A DNA stretch of 63,856 nucleotides, counting the filler, from Octopus bimaculoides (Eukaryota), in NCBI RefSeq assembly GCF_001194135.2. It is 7 parts of 7 records of this genome, joined end to end, with 100 filler letters (N's around TTAATTAATTAA, not from the genome) between each part and the next. Parts side by side here need not be neighbours in the genome. Positions count along the whole stretch, not along the records: positions 31,334 to 49,878 come from NC_068983.1; positions 49,979 to 54,034 come from NW_026300667.1; positions 54,135 to 59,431 come from NC_068987.1; positions 59,532 to 62,179 come from NC_068981.1; 3 more parts are not named here. One strand, written 5' to 3'. The notes below the pieces were generated by a model, which did not search any database, was not told the origin of the DNA, and worked only from the letters and a program-made list of their open reading frames with translations. Below, piece after piece: positions 47,257-60,938 of the stretch. Every line of letters starts with the position of its first letter. Within the stretch, counting starts at the first letter, position 1. The position numbers and the translations under genes are program-made.

Positions 47257-48634
47257 CTATCCTGTTTAATAGCTATATATCCGCTGCATCGGAAATCTCC
47301 AATGGCTCCATAACTACCGTCTCGGCTATAACCTTAGAGCCCAAGTAATCCGTTACAGCGCTTACCTAGCGAATCTAATGGTTTAGACCACCTGTGAACT
47401 AACTCCCATACTTTGTATGTATATATATAGTAAGAGAGACACAGAGAGAGGAGAGATAGAAAAGAAAGGTTGAAAATGCACCTATTAGCTGTTAAAACTG
47501 TTTATTTACACTCGCTGAATCAGGTTCACAATTTCGTGATTTACAAAAGCAGTATGAAATGCAAAAACCCAAAGTGATGCCGTATTTGTCTGGAGTCCTA
47601 TTACTTTTGGAAAGCGTAAAATTGTTAAATATCTAACCATGTTCATACACGCACGCACGCACACGCACGCACACACACACAGACATGTATAATCGTTAGT
47701 CCGACAAATTATCTTTGTTTCGTCTATGGCTCTACAGGAATTAAAGACTAACAATTATGGATTAAATATTTTATTCATTCTCAGACATATCATTAAACAC
47801 ACTTCTCATCTCTAAGACGTGGGACATAAATTACTTGGCCTTTTCACATTTTGGAATATACGTACTTATGCACGCACACACCCATACGCACACACACACA
47901 CACACCACACAACACCACACAACCCACACGCATACACATGCACTCGCGCATGCGCTCACACACTCACTAACATAACACACAAACAAACAAATACACACAC
48001 ATACACAAAAAAGTACTCACACGCATATGTTCCCAGGACTACTCTGACCTGAAGTAGTAGCAGTTGCCAGGGTCCCAGCAATGGATTAACTGGTGTATTT
48101 GGCAACAATCTGTCTGAGTGCAGAGACGCAGAAAGACCCTTGACTGGTGAGAAAGTGCTGGTGTCACCGCATCTTTCTAGGAAAGAGACACTGTGACGTA
48201 AAACCTGTGGTTTTACTGTCAACTCGTTTCGGCCTATCACTATGTACTAACCATGAAAACTCAGAGAGTGATACGCGTGTTGTACAAGCGCTTATCACTG
48301 CATTCCAATCAGGAACAGATGTGGTGATCTCCTTTGTCATTCCATCTATTGAAAGTCCTATGGCGGTGGACGAGTGACTACGTACGCAGACCTAACCAAC
48401 TAGAAGCGATTAGTGAGGTACAACAATCGTTCGTTACGCATTCTTCAAATCATGCAAATTTGCAGCAGGATTGAATAATCATCTGAATGGTCATGGGCGG
48501 AAGGTCAAAAATATCATTGATAAAGAGAAAGCACAAGGAGACGGTTATCATCTGGATGATTACCTTTCCCTTGTGTTTTCTCTTTGAAGCAATCTATCTA
48601 TCTATGTCCAAGTCAAGTACATAAGGTTACATTT

Positions 48635-48693
<59 letters not shown>

Positions 48694-49922
48694 NNNNNNN
48701 NNNNNNNNNNNNNNNNNNNNNNNNNNNNNNNNNNNNNNNNNNNNNNNNNNNNNNNNNNNNNNNNNNNNNNNNNNNNNNNNNNNNNNNNNNNNNNNNNNNN
48801 NNNNNNNNNNNNNNNNNNNNNNNNNNNNNNNNNNNNNNNNNNNNNNNNNNNNNNNNNNNNNNNNNNNNNNNNNNNNNNNNNNNNNNNNNNNNNNNNNNNN
48901 NNNNNNNNNNNNNNNNNNNNNNNNNNNNNNNNNNNNNNNNNNNNNNNNNNNNNNNNNNNNNNNNNNNNNNNNNNNNNNNNNNNNNNNNNNNNNNNNNNNN
49001 NNNNNNNNNNNNNNNNNNNNNNNNNNNNNNNNNNNNNNNNNNNNNNNNNNNNNNNNNNNNNNNNNNNNNNNNNNNNNNNNNNNNNNNNNNNNNNNNNNNN
49101 NNNNNNNNNNNNNNNNNNNNNNNNNNNNNNNNNNNNNNNNNNNNNNNNNNNNNNNNNNNNNNNNNNNNNNNNNNNNNNNNNNNNNNNNNNNNNNNNNNNN
49201 NNNNNNNNNNNNNNNNNNNNNNNNNNNNNNNNNNNNNNNNNNNNNNNNNNNNNNNNNNNNNNNNNNNNNNNNNNNNNNNNNNNNNNNNNNNNNNNNNNNN
49301 NNNNNNNNNNNNNNNNNNNNNNNNNNNNNNNNNNNNNNNNNNNNNNNNNNNNNNNNNNNNNNNNNNNNNNNNNNNNNNNNNNNNNNNNNNNNNNNNNNNN
49401 NNNNNNNNNNNNNNNNNNNNNNNNNNNNNNNNNNNNNNNNNNNNNNNNNNNNNNNNNNNNNNNNNNNNNNNNNNNNNNNNNNNNNNNNNNNNNNNNNNNN
49501 NNNNNNNNNNNNNNNNNNATATATATATATATATATAATATATACATTTGTGCGTGTATGTGTGTGTATATGTGTATGTGTGTGTGTGAGATTATTTGTG
49601 AGATGTCTCATGAGTGCTACTGGTAACATGGAATCCATGACAATCCGTTGCATGGTCGGGTCGTCGGCGACTAAACTGGCACTCCCATTAGCTTGCATGG
49701 TGAGGAACGTTGCTAGAAACCGGGGAATAGAAACAAGAAAGACGAACAAATCTAAAACCTGGAAACAGTGAAGGGGAACCTAATGATTATGATACTATAA
49801 AAATGAGAATAATCAAAGAACTGAAAACCACAGATCTCTGAATGGACCACCGATTATACCTCCTAAACATCAAAATAGNNNNNNNNNNNNNNNNNNNNNN
49901 NNNNNNNNNNNNNNNNNNNNNN

Positions 49923-49934
49923 TTAATTAATTAA
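49923..49934. other. Artificial gap spacer TTAATTAATTAA
   Basis: As at 23480. Confidence 0.9.
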
Positions 49935-49994
49935 NNNNNNNNNNNNNNNNNNNNNNNNNNNNNNNNNNNNNNNNNNNNGGTACTGCATCAGGGC

Positions 49995-50028
<34 letters not shown>

Positions 50029-50184
50029 GTACCCTTTGAAATCTTTCGTCACACATCCTGTGACCCCTCAGCGACTCTCCATACCATGTGTCTCTTCCTT
50101 CCGTGTTTAGTGCATTCTGGACAACAGCAAAAGGAGCCCAGCAATTTCGTGGGTGCGGTGCGCTAAGTCCCTTACATCGACTGT

Positions 50185-50337
50185 AGTGTTCAGCTGCTCT
50201 TTATTTTACCGGTCCCCTAAGGGTTGAAATGCAAAGTCAACCACTGGGGGAATTTGAACTCAGAAGGCAAAGCTCGAAGAATTACCTTTTAAACATTTTG
50301 CCCGGGATGCTGACAACTCTGCCAGCTCACCGCCTTC
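50185..50337 (-). mobile_element. SINE family D, diverged 5' part
   Basis: gcaaagtcaacc...ggaatttgaactcagaa...ctgccagctcaccgcc. Confidence 0.8.
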
Positions 50338-50379
<42 letters not shown>

Positions 50380-50703
50380 ATAATAATAATTATGATTGCT
50401 CAAAATTTATGGGTGAGGGAAAATCATTTCAAAGGTACTTGGCTGGTATGTCATTTCATCAAACTCCAAAAAAAAAAAAAAAAGGTAGGACACGAAAATA
50501 ATCTCAGGAGGAATTTGAACTCAGAACGGAAAGAGCTGCAACTTATAACACGATGTCAGTTCAATTATCAGGATAACAGATCGAAAAGAAGAATGAACGG
50601 ATCAGTGGAATAAGCAAATCTGAAGGAAACACACAAGAAACCGAAAAAAAAAAAGACAGCAACAAAAGCAAAGAGGATGAAAACAAAATTTAAAGTTACC
50701 ACA

Positions 50704-50751
<48 letters not shown>

Positions 50752-51828
50752 GTTGCTGCTGCTGCTGCTACTGTTGCTGCTTTCGTCGCTGTTTCTCCTG
50801 CTACAGGAAAAAAACAACAACAGCGGCAAAAAGACCGGCAGTATCGTCTCAATGGAAGACAATACGAAGGAATTATAAAACAGGTTAACGACAAAGAGAG
50901 CCGACATTGACATTAGAGCTGATCAAAGATGAAGTCTGTAAAGGAAAGTTTAATGTTCGCCTGTTAGATGTGTCTGTGAACTGTCAGAGGAAAAGAATAG
51001 TAAGAAATATGAAAACAGGCTGTTGATATGCGTATGCGTATATATACGTATATATATATATATATGTATATANNNNNNNNNNNNNNNNNNNNNNNNNNNN
51101 NNNNNNNNNNNNNNNNNNNNNNNNNNNNNNNNNNNNNNNNNNNNNNNNNNNNNNNNNNNNNNNNNNNNNNNNNNNNNNNNNNNNNNNNNNNNNNNNNNNN
51201 NNNNNNNNNNNNNNNNNNNNNNNNNNNNNNNNNNNNNNNNNNNNNNNNNNNNNNNNNNNNNNNNNNNNNNNNNNNNNNNNNNNNNNNNNNNNNNNNNNNN
51301 NNNNNNNNNNNNNNNNNNNNNNNNNNNNNNNNNNNNNNNNNNNNNNNNNNNNNNNNNNNNNNNNNNNNNNNNNNNNNNNNNNNNNNNNNNNNNNNNNNNN
51401 NNNNNNNNNNNNNNNNNNNNNNNNNNNNNNNNNNNNNNNNNNNNNNNNNNNNNNNNNNNNNNNNNNNNNNNNNNNNNNNNNNNNNNNNNNNNNNNNNNNN
51501 NNNNNNNNNNNNNNNNNNNNNNNNNNNNNNNNNNNNNNNNNNNNNNNNNNNNNNNNNNNNNNNNNNNNNNNNNNNNNNNNNNNNNNNNNNNNNNNNNNNN
51601 NNNNNNNNNNNNNNNNNNNNNNNNNNNNNNNNNNNNNNNNNNNNNNNNNNNNNNNNNNNNNNNNNNNNNNNNNNNNNNNNNNNNNNNNNNNNNNNNNNNN
51701 NNNNNNNNNNNNNNNNNNNNNNNNNNNNNNNNNNNNNNNNNNNNNNNNNNNNNNNNNNNNNNNNNNNNNNNNNNNNNNNNNNNNNNNNNNNNNNNNNNNN
51801 NNNNNNNNNNNNNNNNNNNNNNNNNNNT

Positions 51829-51952
51829 TCTTTCAGTTGCCATCTATTAAATCCATGGACAAATCGTGGTCAGTCGTAGGCTAAAGTAGAAGACACTTAT
51901 CCAAGGTATCACGCACTGGGATCGAACCCGGAAGCATGTGACTGGGAGACAA
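51829..51952 (-). mobile_element. SINE family A, 5' half
   Basis: tctttcagttgcc...gtagaagacacttatccaagg...gggatcgaacccggaagcatg. Confidence 0.8.
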
Positions 51953-53715
51953 ATTTATATATATTTCTTGAGAACATCAACACCCACCTCCGTCTCGTGG
52001 GCCAACGAAGGAGAGCTCATTATTGCAGTTAGGTATGATAGAAATAGCAGCCAAATCTCCCTTACGGCTCATCTCTACCCTCTGATATGTATATATGCAT
52101 GAACCCAGAAGGGGTTCGTATGCATTTTTCCTAGATGTGCTAGAAATAGATGCTAAATGTGCCTCAAAACAGTGGCCTTTGCCTTGTGAACGAACGTCTT
52201 AATTCAGTTTTCGGGTACTGTAGAATAACGTGGGTGGATAACCCTGGAAGGAAACAGATTGATCATAGCTCTGTTCGGTTAATGGCCGACCTGGGGTTAA
52301 AGAAGAACAAGAGAAACAACGACAACAAGAACAATGAGGAAGGTGAATGTTGAAGCCCAGCATCATTTAAACCGTCTAAGCTTGTTTGCCAATTGCTTTC
52401 GTATACGTCCAACCATCAACACAACACCACCACCAACACAAGCACCAACGTCACCACCACAGCCAACAACAACAACAGTAATAATAATAGCAACAACTAC
52501 AACAATAATAGCAACAACTACAACAATAATAGCAACAACTACAACAATAATCCGAGCTGATATATAAGACATATGATAAATGGAAGAGCGAGGTTAAAGA
52601 TCATAGATTCACTACATATAGTGTCCACACTCTGATCAGTGTCAATACATCACATTGACGTAAAACTTAACTGGCTGTGTCATATAACAGTATATAACCT
52701 ATACGAACGTACACGTGTATGCGTACGCNNNNNNNNNNNNNNNNNNNNNNNNNNNNNNNNNNNNNNNNNNNNNNNNNNNNNNNNNNNNNNNNNNNNNNNN
52801 NNNNNNNNNNNNNNNNNNNNNNNNNNNNNNNNNNNNNNNNNNNNNNNNNNNNNNNNNNNNNNNNNNNNNNNNNNNNNNNNNNNNNNNNNNNNNNNNNNNN
52901 NNNNNNNNNNNNNNNNNNNNNNNNNNNNNNNNNNNNNNNNNNNNNNNNNNNNNNNNNNNNNNNNNNNNNNNNNNNNNNNNNNNNNNNNNNNNNNNNNNNN
53001 NNNNNNNNNNNNNNNNNNNNNNNNNNNNNNNNNNNNNNNNNNNNNNNNNNNNNNNNNNNNNNNNNNNNNNNNNNNNNNNNNNNNNNNNNNNNNNNNNNNN
53101 NNNNNNNNNNNNNNNNNNNNNNNNNNNNNNNNNNNNNNNNNNNNNNNNNNNNNNNNNNNNNNNNNNNNNNNNNNNNNNNNNNNNNNNNNNNNNNNNNNNN
53201 NNNNNNNNNNNNNNNNNNNNNNNNNNNNNNNNNNNNNNNNNNNNNNNNNNNNNNNNNNNNNNNNNNNNNNNNNNNNNNNNNNNNNNNNNNNNNNNNNNNN
53301 NNNNNNNNNNNNNNNNNNNNNNNNNNNNNNNNNNNNNNNNNNNNNNNNNNNNNNNNNNNNNNNNNNNNNNNNNNNNNNNNNNNNNNNNNNNNNNNNNNNN
53401 NNNNNNNNNNNNNNNNNNNNNNNNNNNNNNNNNNNNNNNNNNNNNNNNNNNNNNNNNNNNNNNNNNNNNNNNNNNNNNNNNNNNNNNNNNNNNNNNNNNN
53501 NNNNNNNNNNNNNNNNNNNNNNNNNNNNNNNNNNNNNNNNNNNNNNNNNNNNNNNNNNNNNNNNNNNNNNTATATATATTATAAGTATTTTTAAATATAA
53601 ATTACATATATATATATATATTATATATACAAGCCTATACAAATATGTACATGTGATTAAGAACACACAATCTGACATATATATATTCATGTATGTATAT
53701 GTATATATACATATA

Positions 53716-53747
<32 letters not shown>

Positions 53748-54078
53748 CGCAGATATACACACAAACGTATATATGTGTGTATTCGTTTATACTTGAGTCT
53801 GTGTGGATGTGTGCGTGTGAATATGCGTGTGAATATGCGTGTGAATATGTGTGTCTGTGTGTCCGCCGTGTGATTGACTTGCTTACGTCAGGATGGCAGA
53901 TTCTTCGCAAAACGCATTTTGACTTTGCGTTTAGATGCGTATCAAAACGCGCGCATGCACCCTCACCCCAAGTAAACAAGCCAGAACACACACATACACT
54001 CGTATACGCACACACACACACACACACACACACANNNNNNNNNNNNNNNNNNNNNNNNNNNNNNNNNNNNNNNNNNNN

Positions 54079-54090
54079 TTAATTAATTAA
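54079..54090. other. Artificial gap spacer TTAATTAATTAA
   Basis: As at 23480. Confidence 0.9.
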
Positions 54091-54134
54091 NNNNNNNNNN
54101 NNNNNNNNNNNNNNNNNNNNNNNNNNNNNNNNNN

Positions 54135-54170
<36 letters not shown>

Positions 54171-54190
54171 GGATCTTTCTGATTTGGCGG

Positions 54191-54310
54191 ACACCATTTT
54201 TTATTTAGTTTTTATTTAGTGTGTTTTCTACCGAAACACTTTAAAACTTCGTATACTTGTATATTTTGTCTTATAGAACAGAGAAAATTTTTTATATTCG
54301 AAGTTTATCT
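54191..54310. mobile_element. Fragment of the Merlin-like family (subterminal segment)
   Basis: Reverse complement of about 34105-34220. Confidence 0.7.
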
Positions 54311-54489
54311 CGAACCAACAACCCGTATCCTCAACCTACCAATGCCGGTAGTACTGCCAGGCCAAGAATTTCTGGAAATTATCCATAGGAACCGGCCCGA
54401 AAGTCCCCTGGAACAAACCAGACAGTTGGTTTTCATCGGCGCCCAGAGTTTCCCAAATTTTAGGATGAGGGGTTATTCAATATAATTGA

Positions 54490-54615
54490 TCCTAGTACTT
54501 TATTCTATCGATCCCAAAATGGTGAAAAGGCAAAGTAAAACTTGTCGGGATTTAAATTCACAAAGCAAAAACCAGAAGCAACACCTTATATATTTTCCCT
54601 ATAGCATCCAGGCGC
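54490..54615 (-). mobile_element. SINE family D, highly decayed
   Basis: tagtactttattctatcgatccc...gaaaaggcaaagt...gggatttaaattca. Confidence 0.5.
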
Positions 54616-54765
54616 TTGCAACAAAAATTCCATTCAAATCACAAATTACCCACACGGCTATCCAAGAACAGAGGACACTGTTCTTATGGACGCACTGGGA
54701 CAAGATTTTTACCACATTAGTGATAAAACACGTTGACTCTCATCGAGGGAAACTTTTTTTATATA

Positions 54766-55000
54766 GGCGCAGGCGTGGATGTTTGGTAAGAAGCTTGCTT
54801 TTCAACCACCTGGTTCCGCGTTCAGTCCCACTGCATGGTACTTTTGGGTAAATGTCTTCTACTATAGATTCGGACCGCCCAAAGTGGATTTGGTAAACGG
54901 AATTTGAAAGTAGTTAGTCGTATATATCAATATCTATGTGCGTCTTTGTGTCAGTGTTTGTCCCATATCACCGCTTGACAACCGGTGTTGGTATATTTAT
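54766..55000 (+). mobile_element. SINE family A, 3'-truncated
   Basis: ggcgcaggcgtggatgtttggtaagaag...gttcagtcccactgc. Confidence 0.85.
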
Positions 55001-55736
55001 AAAAATAACATTTTATAGCCGGTGACGAAATACGAACTTATGAACCCTCCAGTTTGTGTTCTGACTCCGTATCAAAAAAGATCACCCTTGTTTGATTAAT
55101 TCTCAGAAAATCCGATTCTCTACAGATTACTGTCAATGACGCTAATCCACCAGATAATAGTTCATTAAAAGTATTGATAACTTTCATTAACACAATGTCT
55201 CAAATTTACGGTGAAGTTCACCGTGGACTATAATCGACAATGGTACTTGTTTGCTATGATATTTTATCAACACCCGCTGAGATAACACTGGAAAGTTGTC
55301 ATCGGCGTGATTAGAACCCACAACGCAATGATCCGTAACACACTGCGAGGTTTTAATTTTTTTTTCTTACGCTCCAATGATTCTCTCAATCCGCTGTTCA
55401 ATGCTTCATTCAGAATATTAACATAAAAAAAACTTGTTTTGATGTACGACGACAAACTTGAAAACACAAACACACACGCACAAACCGATATACGGGCAGA
55501 AAGACAGAGCAATAAACAGGCAGGCAGACAAGCAGACAGAGAGGCTGAGCTAGAGAGTAATTGTTTGCAAACATAAACAATACAATATACTAGCTAAGAG
55601 GACAGCTTAAGAGGAATCAGTCCAAGGACAGCCCTAGAATTATCTATAAATCAATGAAGTAGTTAGTGTACAACGCCGAGCAATTAACGAAAAGGTTACG
55701 ATGTAATACCGTAGACACATGCACACACACGCACAC

Positions 55737-55767
<31 letters not shown>

Positions 55768-56063
55768 ACATATTATGTTCAGTGATAATCCGACATGATA
55801 CTGCACAAGATAATAAAACTACAAGCAGCTTCAGTAGTGTGTTGTTTAATGTCAAGGTGACGAATAGACGCAGCGAATATGGCGCTATAAACAAACAAAC
55901 AAGCGAAAAATTACAGTGACCGAACCCTCAAGGCCGATGTGCGGGGAAAGGGAAAGTAAAAAGAAAGTATGTCGACGTTTCGGACTTTTGATCTTCGTAA
56001 AAGAAGGAAAAAAAGAGGGAAAGAAGAGATTGGAAGAGTGAAAAATATGACGTTGCATCAGAC

Positions 56064-56095
<32 letters not shown>

Positions 56096-56499
56096 NNNNN
56101 NNNNNNNNNNNNNNNNNNNNNNNNNNNNNNNNNNNNNNNNNNNNNNNNNNNNNNNNNNNNNNNNNNNNNNNNNNNNNNNNNNNNNNNNNNNNNNNNNNNN
56201 NNNNNNNNNNNNNNNNNNNNNNNNNNNNNNNNNNNNNNNNNNNNNNNNNNNNNNNNNNNNNNNNNNNNNNNNNNNNNNNNNNNNNNNNNNNNNNNNNNNN
56301 NNNNNNNNNNNNNNNNNNNNNNNNNNNNNNNNNNNNNNNNNNNNNNNNNNNNNNNNNNNNNNNNNNNNNNNNNNNNNNNNNNNNNNNNNNNNNNNNNNNN
56401 NNNNNNNNNNNNNNNNNNNNNNNNNNNNNNNNNNNNNNNNNNNNNNNNNNNNNNNNNNNNNNNNNNNNNNNNNNNNNNNNNNNNNNNNNNNNNNNNNNN

Positions 56500-56540
<41 letters not shown>

Positions 56541-56637
56541 GTATATATATATACACACACACATACACACATATATATATATACGTACATGCTTAAACAT
56601 ATACACAGGTGTGTGTATATATATATATAAAACTATG

Positions 56638-56669
<32 letters not shown>

Positions 56670-57344
56670 CGTGTGCGTGTGTGTATATTTATATATATAT
56701 ATATTAATATATGTATGTATGTATGTATGTTTAAATATATGCATGCTTGTATTGATGCATGTATGTATGCATTTATATACGTATGCATGCCTGTATTTGA
56801 ATGATGTTCCTTTTCTTTTGCAGAATTCAAACCAATCGCTAACACAGTGAAAGGTTCTTTTATTTAAGTCTAAACAACTCTTTGTGTTTAGTGGTTAGTC
56901 TATATGTGTGTGTGTGTGCGTGTGCGCGTGTGTTTGTGTGCGATAAACCCTGCACCTATGAATGAGGTGTGCATGTAGACTTCATTTCTGTTTTCATGTG
57001 TGTGTATGCCTGTTATTGCATTTAGTATAGGCGCGTTTTTGCCAGGCACCTCAAATGGAGAATCCCTGGAATGCTTTATAAATTTTCACTTATGCCTCCA
57101 ATCGGTTGTATTTGAATATGGACCAATTTACTTCGTTTGTTCTTGGAGAACCTCGGCATTTTATGCTATCATTTAATTTTATGGATACATAACCTTGGCA
57201 ATAGGTACAAATGGAGAAAAAAACCATAAACTAGGTATAAGAGCTGTAAATTTTTCCCTAGTTCTCCATAGATATTTCCCCTTTTCCAATATTTTTGACA
57301 AAGATTGTATGTATGTATGTATGTATGTATGTATGTATGTATGT

Positions 57345-57728
57345 GTGGAGGCGCAATGGCCCAGTGGTTAGGGCAGCGGACTGGCGGTCATAAGATTGCG
57401 GTTTCGATTCCCAAACCGGGCATTGTGAGTGTTTATTGAGCGAAAACACCTAAAGCTCTACGAGGCTCCGGCAGGGGGTGGTGGCGAACCCTGCTGTACT
57501 CTTTCACCACAACTTTCTCTCACTCTTACTTCCTGCTTCTGTTGTGCCTGTAATTCAAAGGGTCGGCCTTGTCACACTGTGTCACGCTGAATACCCCTGA
57601 GAACTACGTTGAGGGTACACGTGTCTGTGGAGTGCTCAGCCACCTGCACGTTAATTTCACGAGCAGGCTGTTCCGTTAATAGATTCAACTGGAACCCTCG
57701 ACGTCGTAAGCGACGGAGTGCCAACAAC
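57345..57728 (+). mobile_element. SINE family B, full length, inserted in (TATG)n
   Basis: Aligns end to end with 26641 and 58622; (gtat)n on both sides. Confidence 0.95.
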
Positions 57729-57849
57729 ATGTATGTATGTATGTATGCGTGCATGTAAATATGCATTGTTCTTCTCTTTCTCTTTTCAATTTTAGAGTAA
57801 CTATGACAGGCCATCTACATGGAAGCAAGGTTATGAAGAAAAGTATCTT

Positions 57850-58060
57850 GGTTTAAACATCATCCTTTAAATCTTAAGGCCTTTCAGATTTTTATCGTCC
57901 CAGATATTGTGTTCATTTATAACATTTGAATTAAGGATTTGTATTCTCTCCTCAAGAACCCAAGTTCAGCCATACTTTGCTCCAGACGAGTTGGTACGCA
58001 TCCTGTTGCTCTAATAATAATAGGTATGAAGCTGAAAGTGTATATTGGGTATTGAATTTG
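57850..58060 (-). mobile_element. Possible R4-like (RLE) LINE C-terminal remnant
   Basis: Reverse translation YTFSFIPIIIRATGCVPTRLEQSMAELGFLRREYKSLIQML*...GTIKI resembles the P---GALG-VP--L...GT--I end of RLE-type ORFs. Confidence 0.45.
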
Positions 58061-58621
58061 CTAACTCCTAATCAATGATCCATAGATTTACTACTACTAC
58101 TACTACTACTACTACTGCTACTGCTGCTGCTGCTGCTGCTATTATTATTGCTACTACCACTGTTATTGCTGCTGCTACTACTACTACTACTACCACTGCG
58201 TCGAGTAGTGTGGGGGTATTTGGCAACGGTCCTTGTTAGATAGTTCTGCCGTTGCCAATCAAACTCCATTGAATTAAATGTTCTTAGACATTTCCGTCCA
58301 ACTCTGACTCAATTACTTGAGAATTAATTAATAGATATTCCTCCTTCATTCATTAACTGACGTCACGTGATCTGGTCACTGAACAAACGTAAAAGTCTCT
58401 TCTGTAAGACAAGCTCTGTGGGTGGCCGCTGGATAGTTGGACAGTTAAGCAGACGGTCTCTAATGGTGGGTTTGAGAAGGAAAGTGATTTATCGTTTTCA
58501 AGGACATAGCTAGACTGGATTCGACTGGACTGGAGTGGAATCGGTTGATTGAGCCGGACTAAACTGAAATAATCTGGTGATGTGCGTACTGTACATTGGG
58601 TTATATCTCCTATCCGTCTTG

Positions 58622-59003
58622 TGGAGGCGCAATGGCCCAGTGGTTAGGGCAGCGGACTCGCGTTCATAGGATCGCGGTTTCGATTCCCAAACCGGGCGTT
58701 GTGAGTGTTTATTGAGCGAAAACACCTAAAGCTCCACGAGGCTCCGCCAGGGGATGGTGGTGAACCCTGCTGTACTCTTCCACCACAACTTTCTCTCGCT
58801 CTTACTTCCTGTTTCTGTTGTGCCTGTAATTCAAAGGGTCAACCTTGTCACACTGTGTCACGCTGATTATCCCCGAGAACTATGTTAAAGGTACACGTGT
58901 CTGTGGAGTGCTCAGCCACTTGCACGTTAATTTCACGAGCAGGCTGTTCCGTTGATCGGATCAACTGGAACCCTCGACGCCGTAAGCGACGGAGTGCCAA
59001 ATA
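58622..59003 (+). mobile_element. SINE family B, full length, perfect 13-bp TSD
   Basis: cctatccgtcttg at 58609-58621 and 59004-59016. Confidence 0.95.
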
Positions 59004-59384
59004 CCTATCCGTCTTGAGACGCAGCGCAGTGTGCTTGAGTGTGCATGCGTAGGTTTTATTCATTTTTTCAAATTTTTTTTCTTTAGTCTTTTATTTTATT
59101 GCCTTCTGTTAGTGTAATACAGTCATGCTGGAGCACCAACTTCTTACATAAATACATGCATTAATACATACGTTACATTCATACATGTATACATGCATAC
59201 ATACATACTTACATACATCCGTACGTACGTGTGTATATACATAAACTTAAACACGCACGTGCCTACATACCTTTTTGCATGCATACACACACACACACAC
59301 ACACACATATATGCATGTATGAATATATATACAATATATATGTATGTATGCATGTGTATGCATGTATACATATGTATATATACT

Positions 59385-59431
59385 CTTTACTTTTTTACTT
59401 GTTTCAGTCATTTGACTGCGGCCATGCTGAA
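59385..59431 (-). mobile_element. SINE family A, 3' tip before a gap
   Basis: ttttacttgtttcagtcatttgactgcggccatgctg. Confidence 0.85.
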
Positions 59432-59475
59432 NNNNNNNNNNNNNNNNNNNNNNNNNNNNNNNNNNNNNNNNNNNN

Positions 59476-59487
59476 TTAATTAATTAA
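59476..59487. other. Artificial gap spacer TTAATTAATTAA
   Basis: As at 23480. Confidence 0.9.
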
Positions 59488-59842
59488 NNNNNNNNNNNNN
59501 NNNNNNNNNNNNNNNNNNNNNNNNNNNNNNNTAGTTTCAATTGATTTTAATCGATTTAAATTTCCTTTCTATTTGAAAATTAGTTATGAAACATGTGTAA
59601 TCATTTTATTATATTTATCTTATGATATTTACTTTGCTTTATATTATACTCATTTATTGTGCTTTTAATTGTTAATTTTTCTATATGTGATAGTGGATTT
59701 TCATCGATGAGTTCTTGATACTTGGTTATTTTCCCTAAAACTATATATTTTATATATATTTTATCTATAAAGCTCAATTTAATTTAAATTTTTTATAAAT
59801 TGATTTTAATTGAGTTTTTACCTGTAATTTTGGATTTTGTCC

Positions 59843-59877
<35 letters not shown>

Positions 59878-59879
<2 letters not shown>

Positions 59880-60934
59880 CATACTCTTAGCTAGGAAGAC
59901 AATAATTGAATTCAAGGGTAAACTTTGGACTAGGTCGGATATACCCCTGATAACTTCGATGTGGCTATGGGCTTGAGCAATTCAGCTCAGGTAACTGACT
60001 TAGTCAGAGCCTTTCTACTTAAGAGGCTATTCTTGGAGGTAACAGGCCTTCAAGGGGGTCTATACAGAGACAACGCCCTATTCATATACCCCACCAATAG
60101 CAAAAGTACCATAGAAAGAATTAAGAAAAAGATTAGACATTTTTTAAAATCATTTAATCATACTTGAATTCATGACCAACACTAAGATAGTTAATTTTTT
60201 AGATGCTACATTAGACATAGATAAAAGCCTTCACTACCCTTACAGAAAGCCAGAAGAAACCACATGTTATATTGGTACACTATCTAATCACCCACTCTGT
60301 ATAATTAATGCTACAGTCTAGGCTGTTTCGAATAGACTATCTAAGGTATCCTCAAATGAAAATATTTTTAGTGATCATGCTCATCATTATAATCAAGCCC
60401 TTTCTAACACTGGGTACTCCCAGAAAATCTCTTTTGTTAAAAACTTAAATTGTAAACCACCTAAAGCATCAATCATTAGTAAAGTTCCGTCATATAAACA
60501 AATTAGTAATTCTAGAGTTGATTCTTTGAATGGAGGTAAAGTAAATAAATCTAATAAAAGCAAAAATAAAAGCACAGATACAACCAGCATAAATACAAAT
60601 AGGCTTTAGATAAAAAAACATCAAGAAAGAAATCACACCGATAATAGTTCAGTTAGAGAAAACCATAACGATAGGAGTAATAATAACAATAAAAGAATTC
60701 CTAAACATAAGAACTGTAAATTACACAACTATATATGGTATAACATACCATATAATGTAGCAGTTACAGGAAAATTATGCAAGAAAATATTTTCAATTAT
60801 ATCCAATAACTTTCGACCCACTCATAAATATAGCAGTATTCTTTCCAAAACTATTAGAATCTCATATTTGACTCTCCCCAATATGAAATGCCTTATATCT
60901 AAACATAATAAAATCAGAATAAAAAAAAGCTAGA
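59878..60934 (+). mobile_element. Penelope-like element, reverse transcriptase and linker remnant
   Basis: MGLSNSAQVTDLV...GGLYRDNAL; IVNFLDATL; PYRKP; SNHP; WYNIPY...ISYLTLPNMK; these are PLE RT/linker motifs with stops and frameshifts; starts right after (TA)n. Confidence 0.9.
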
Positions 60935-60938
60935 TTAA

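Noticed and set aside
49608-49685. HDV-like ribozyme at a possible LINE 5' end (GAGTGCTA/TGGCACTC stem, GTCG/CGAC hairpin, CTAA)
   Set aside because: No P1 or P3/L3 could be placed in the order the HDV fold requires.
55125-55230. Cadherin-like ITVNDANP after an acceptor-like tctctacag
   Set aside because: Lacks the DxNDN motif, runs to a stop within about 35 codons, and has no neighbouring cadherin repeats.
55965-56000. Reverse-strand ACGAAGATC...GTCCGAAACGTC hammerhead-like stretch
   Set aside because: The first core box is TTTACGA and no stem I can be formed.
805-56850. Long ORFs in the six-frame track (poly-[13 protein letters not shown], poly-D/S/M/L)
   Set aside because: They are translations of N-gaps and di-/trinucleotide microsatellites, not genes.
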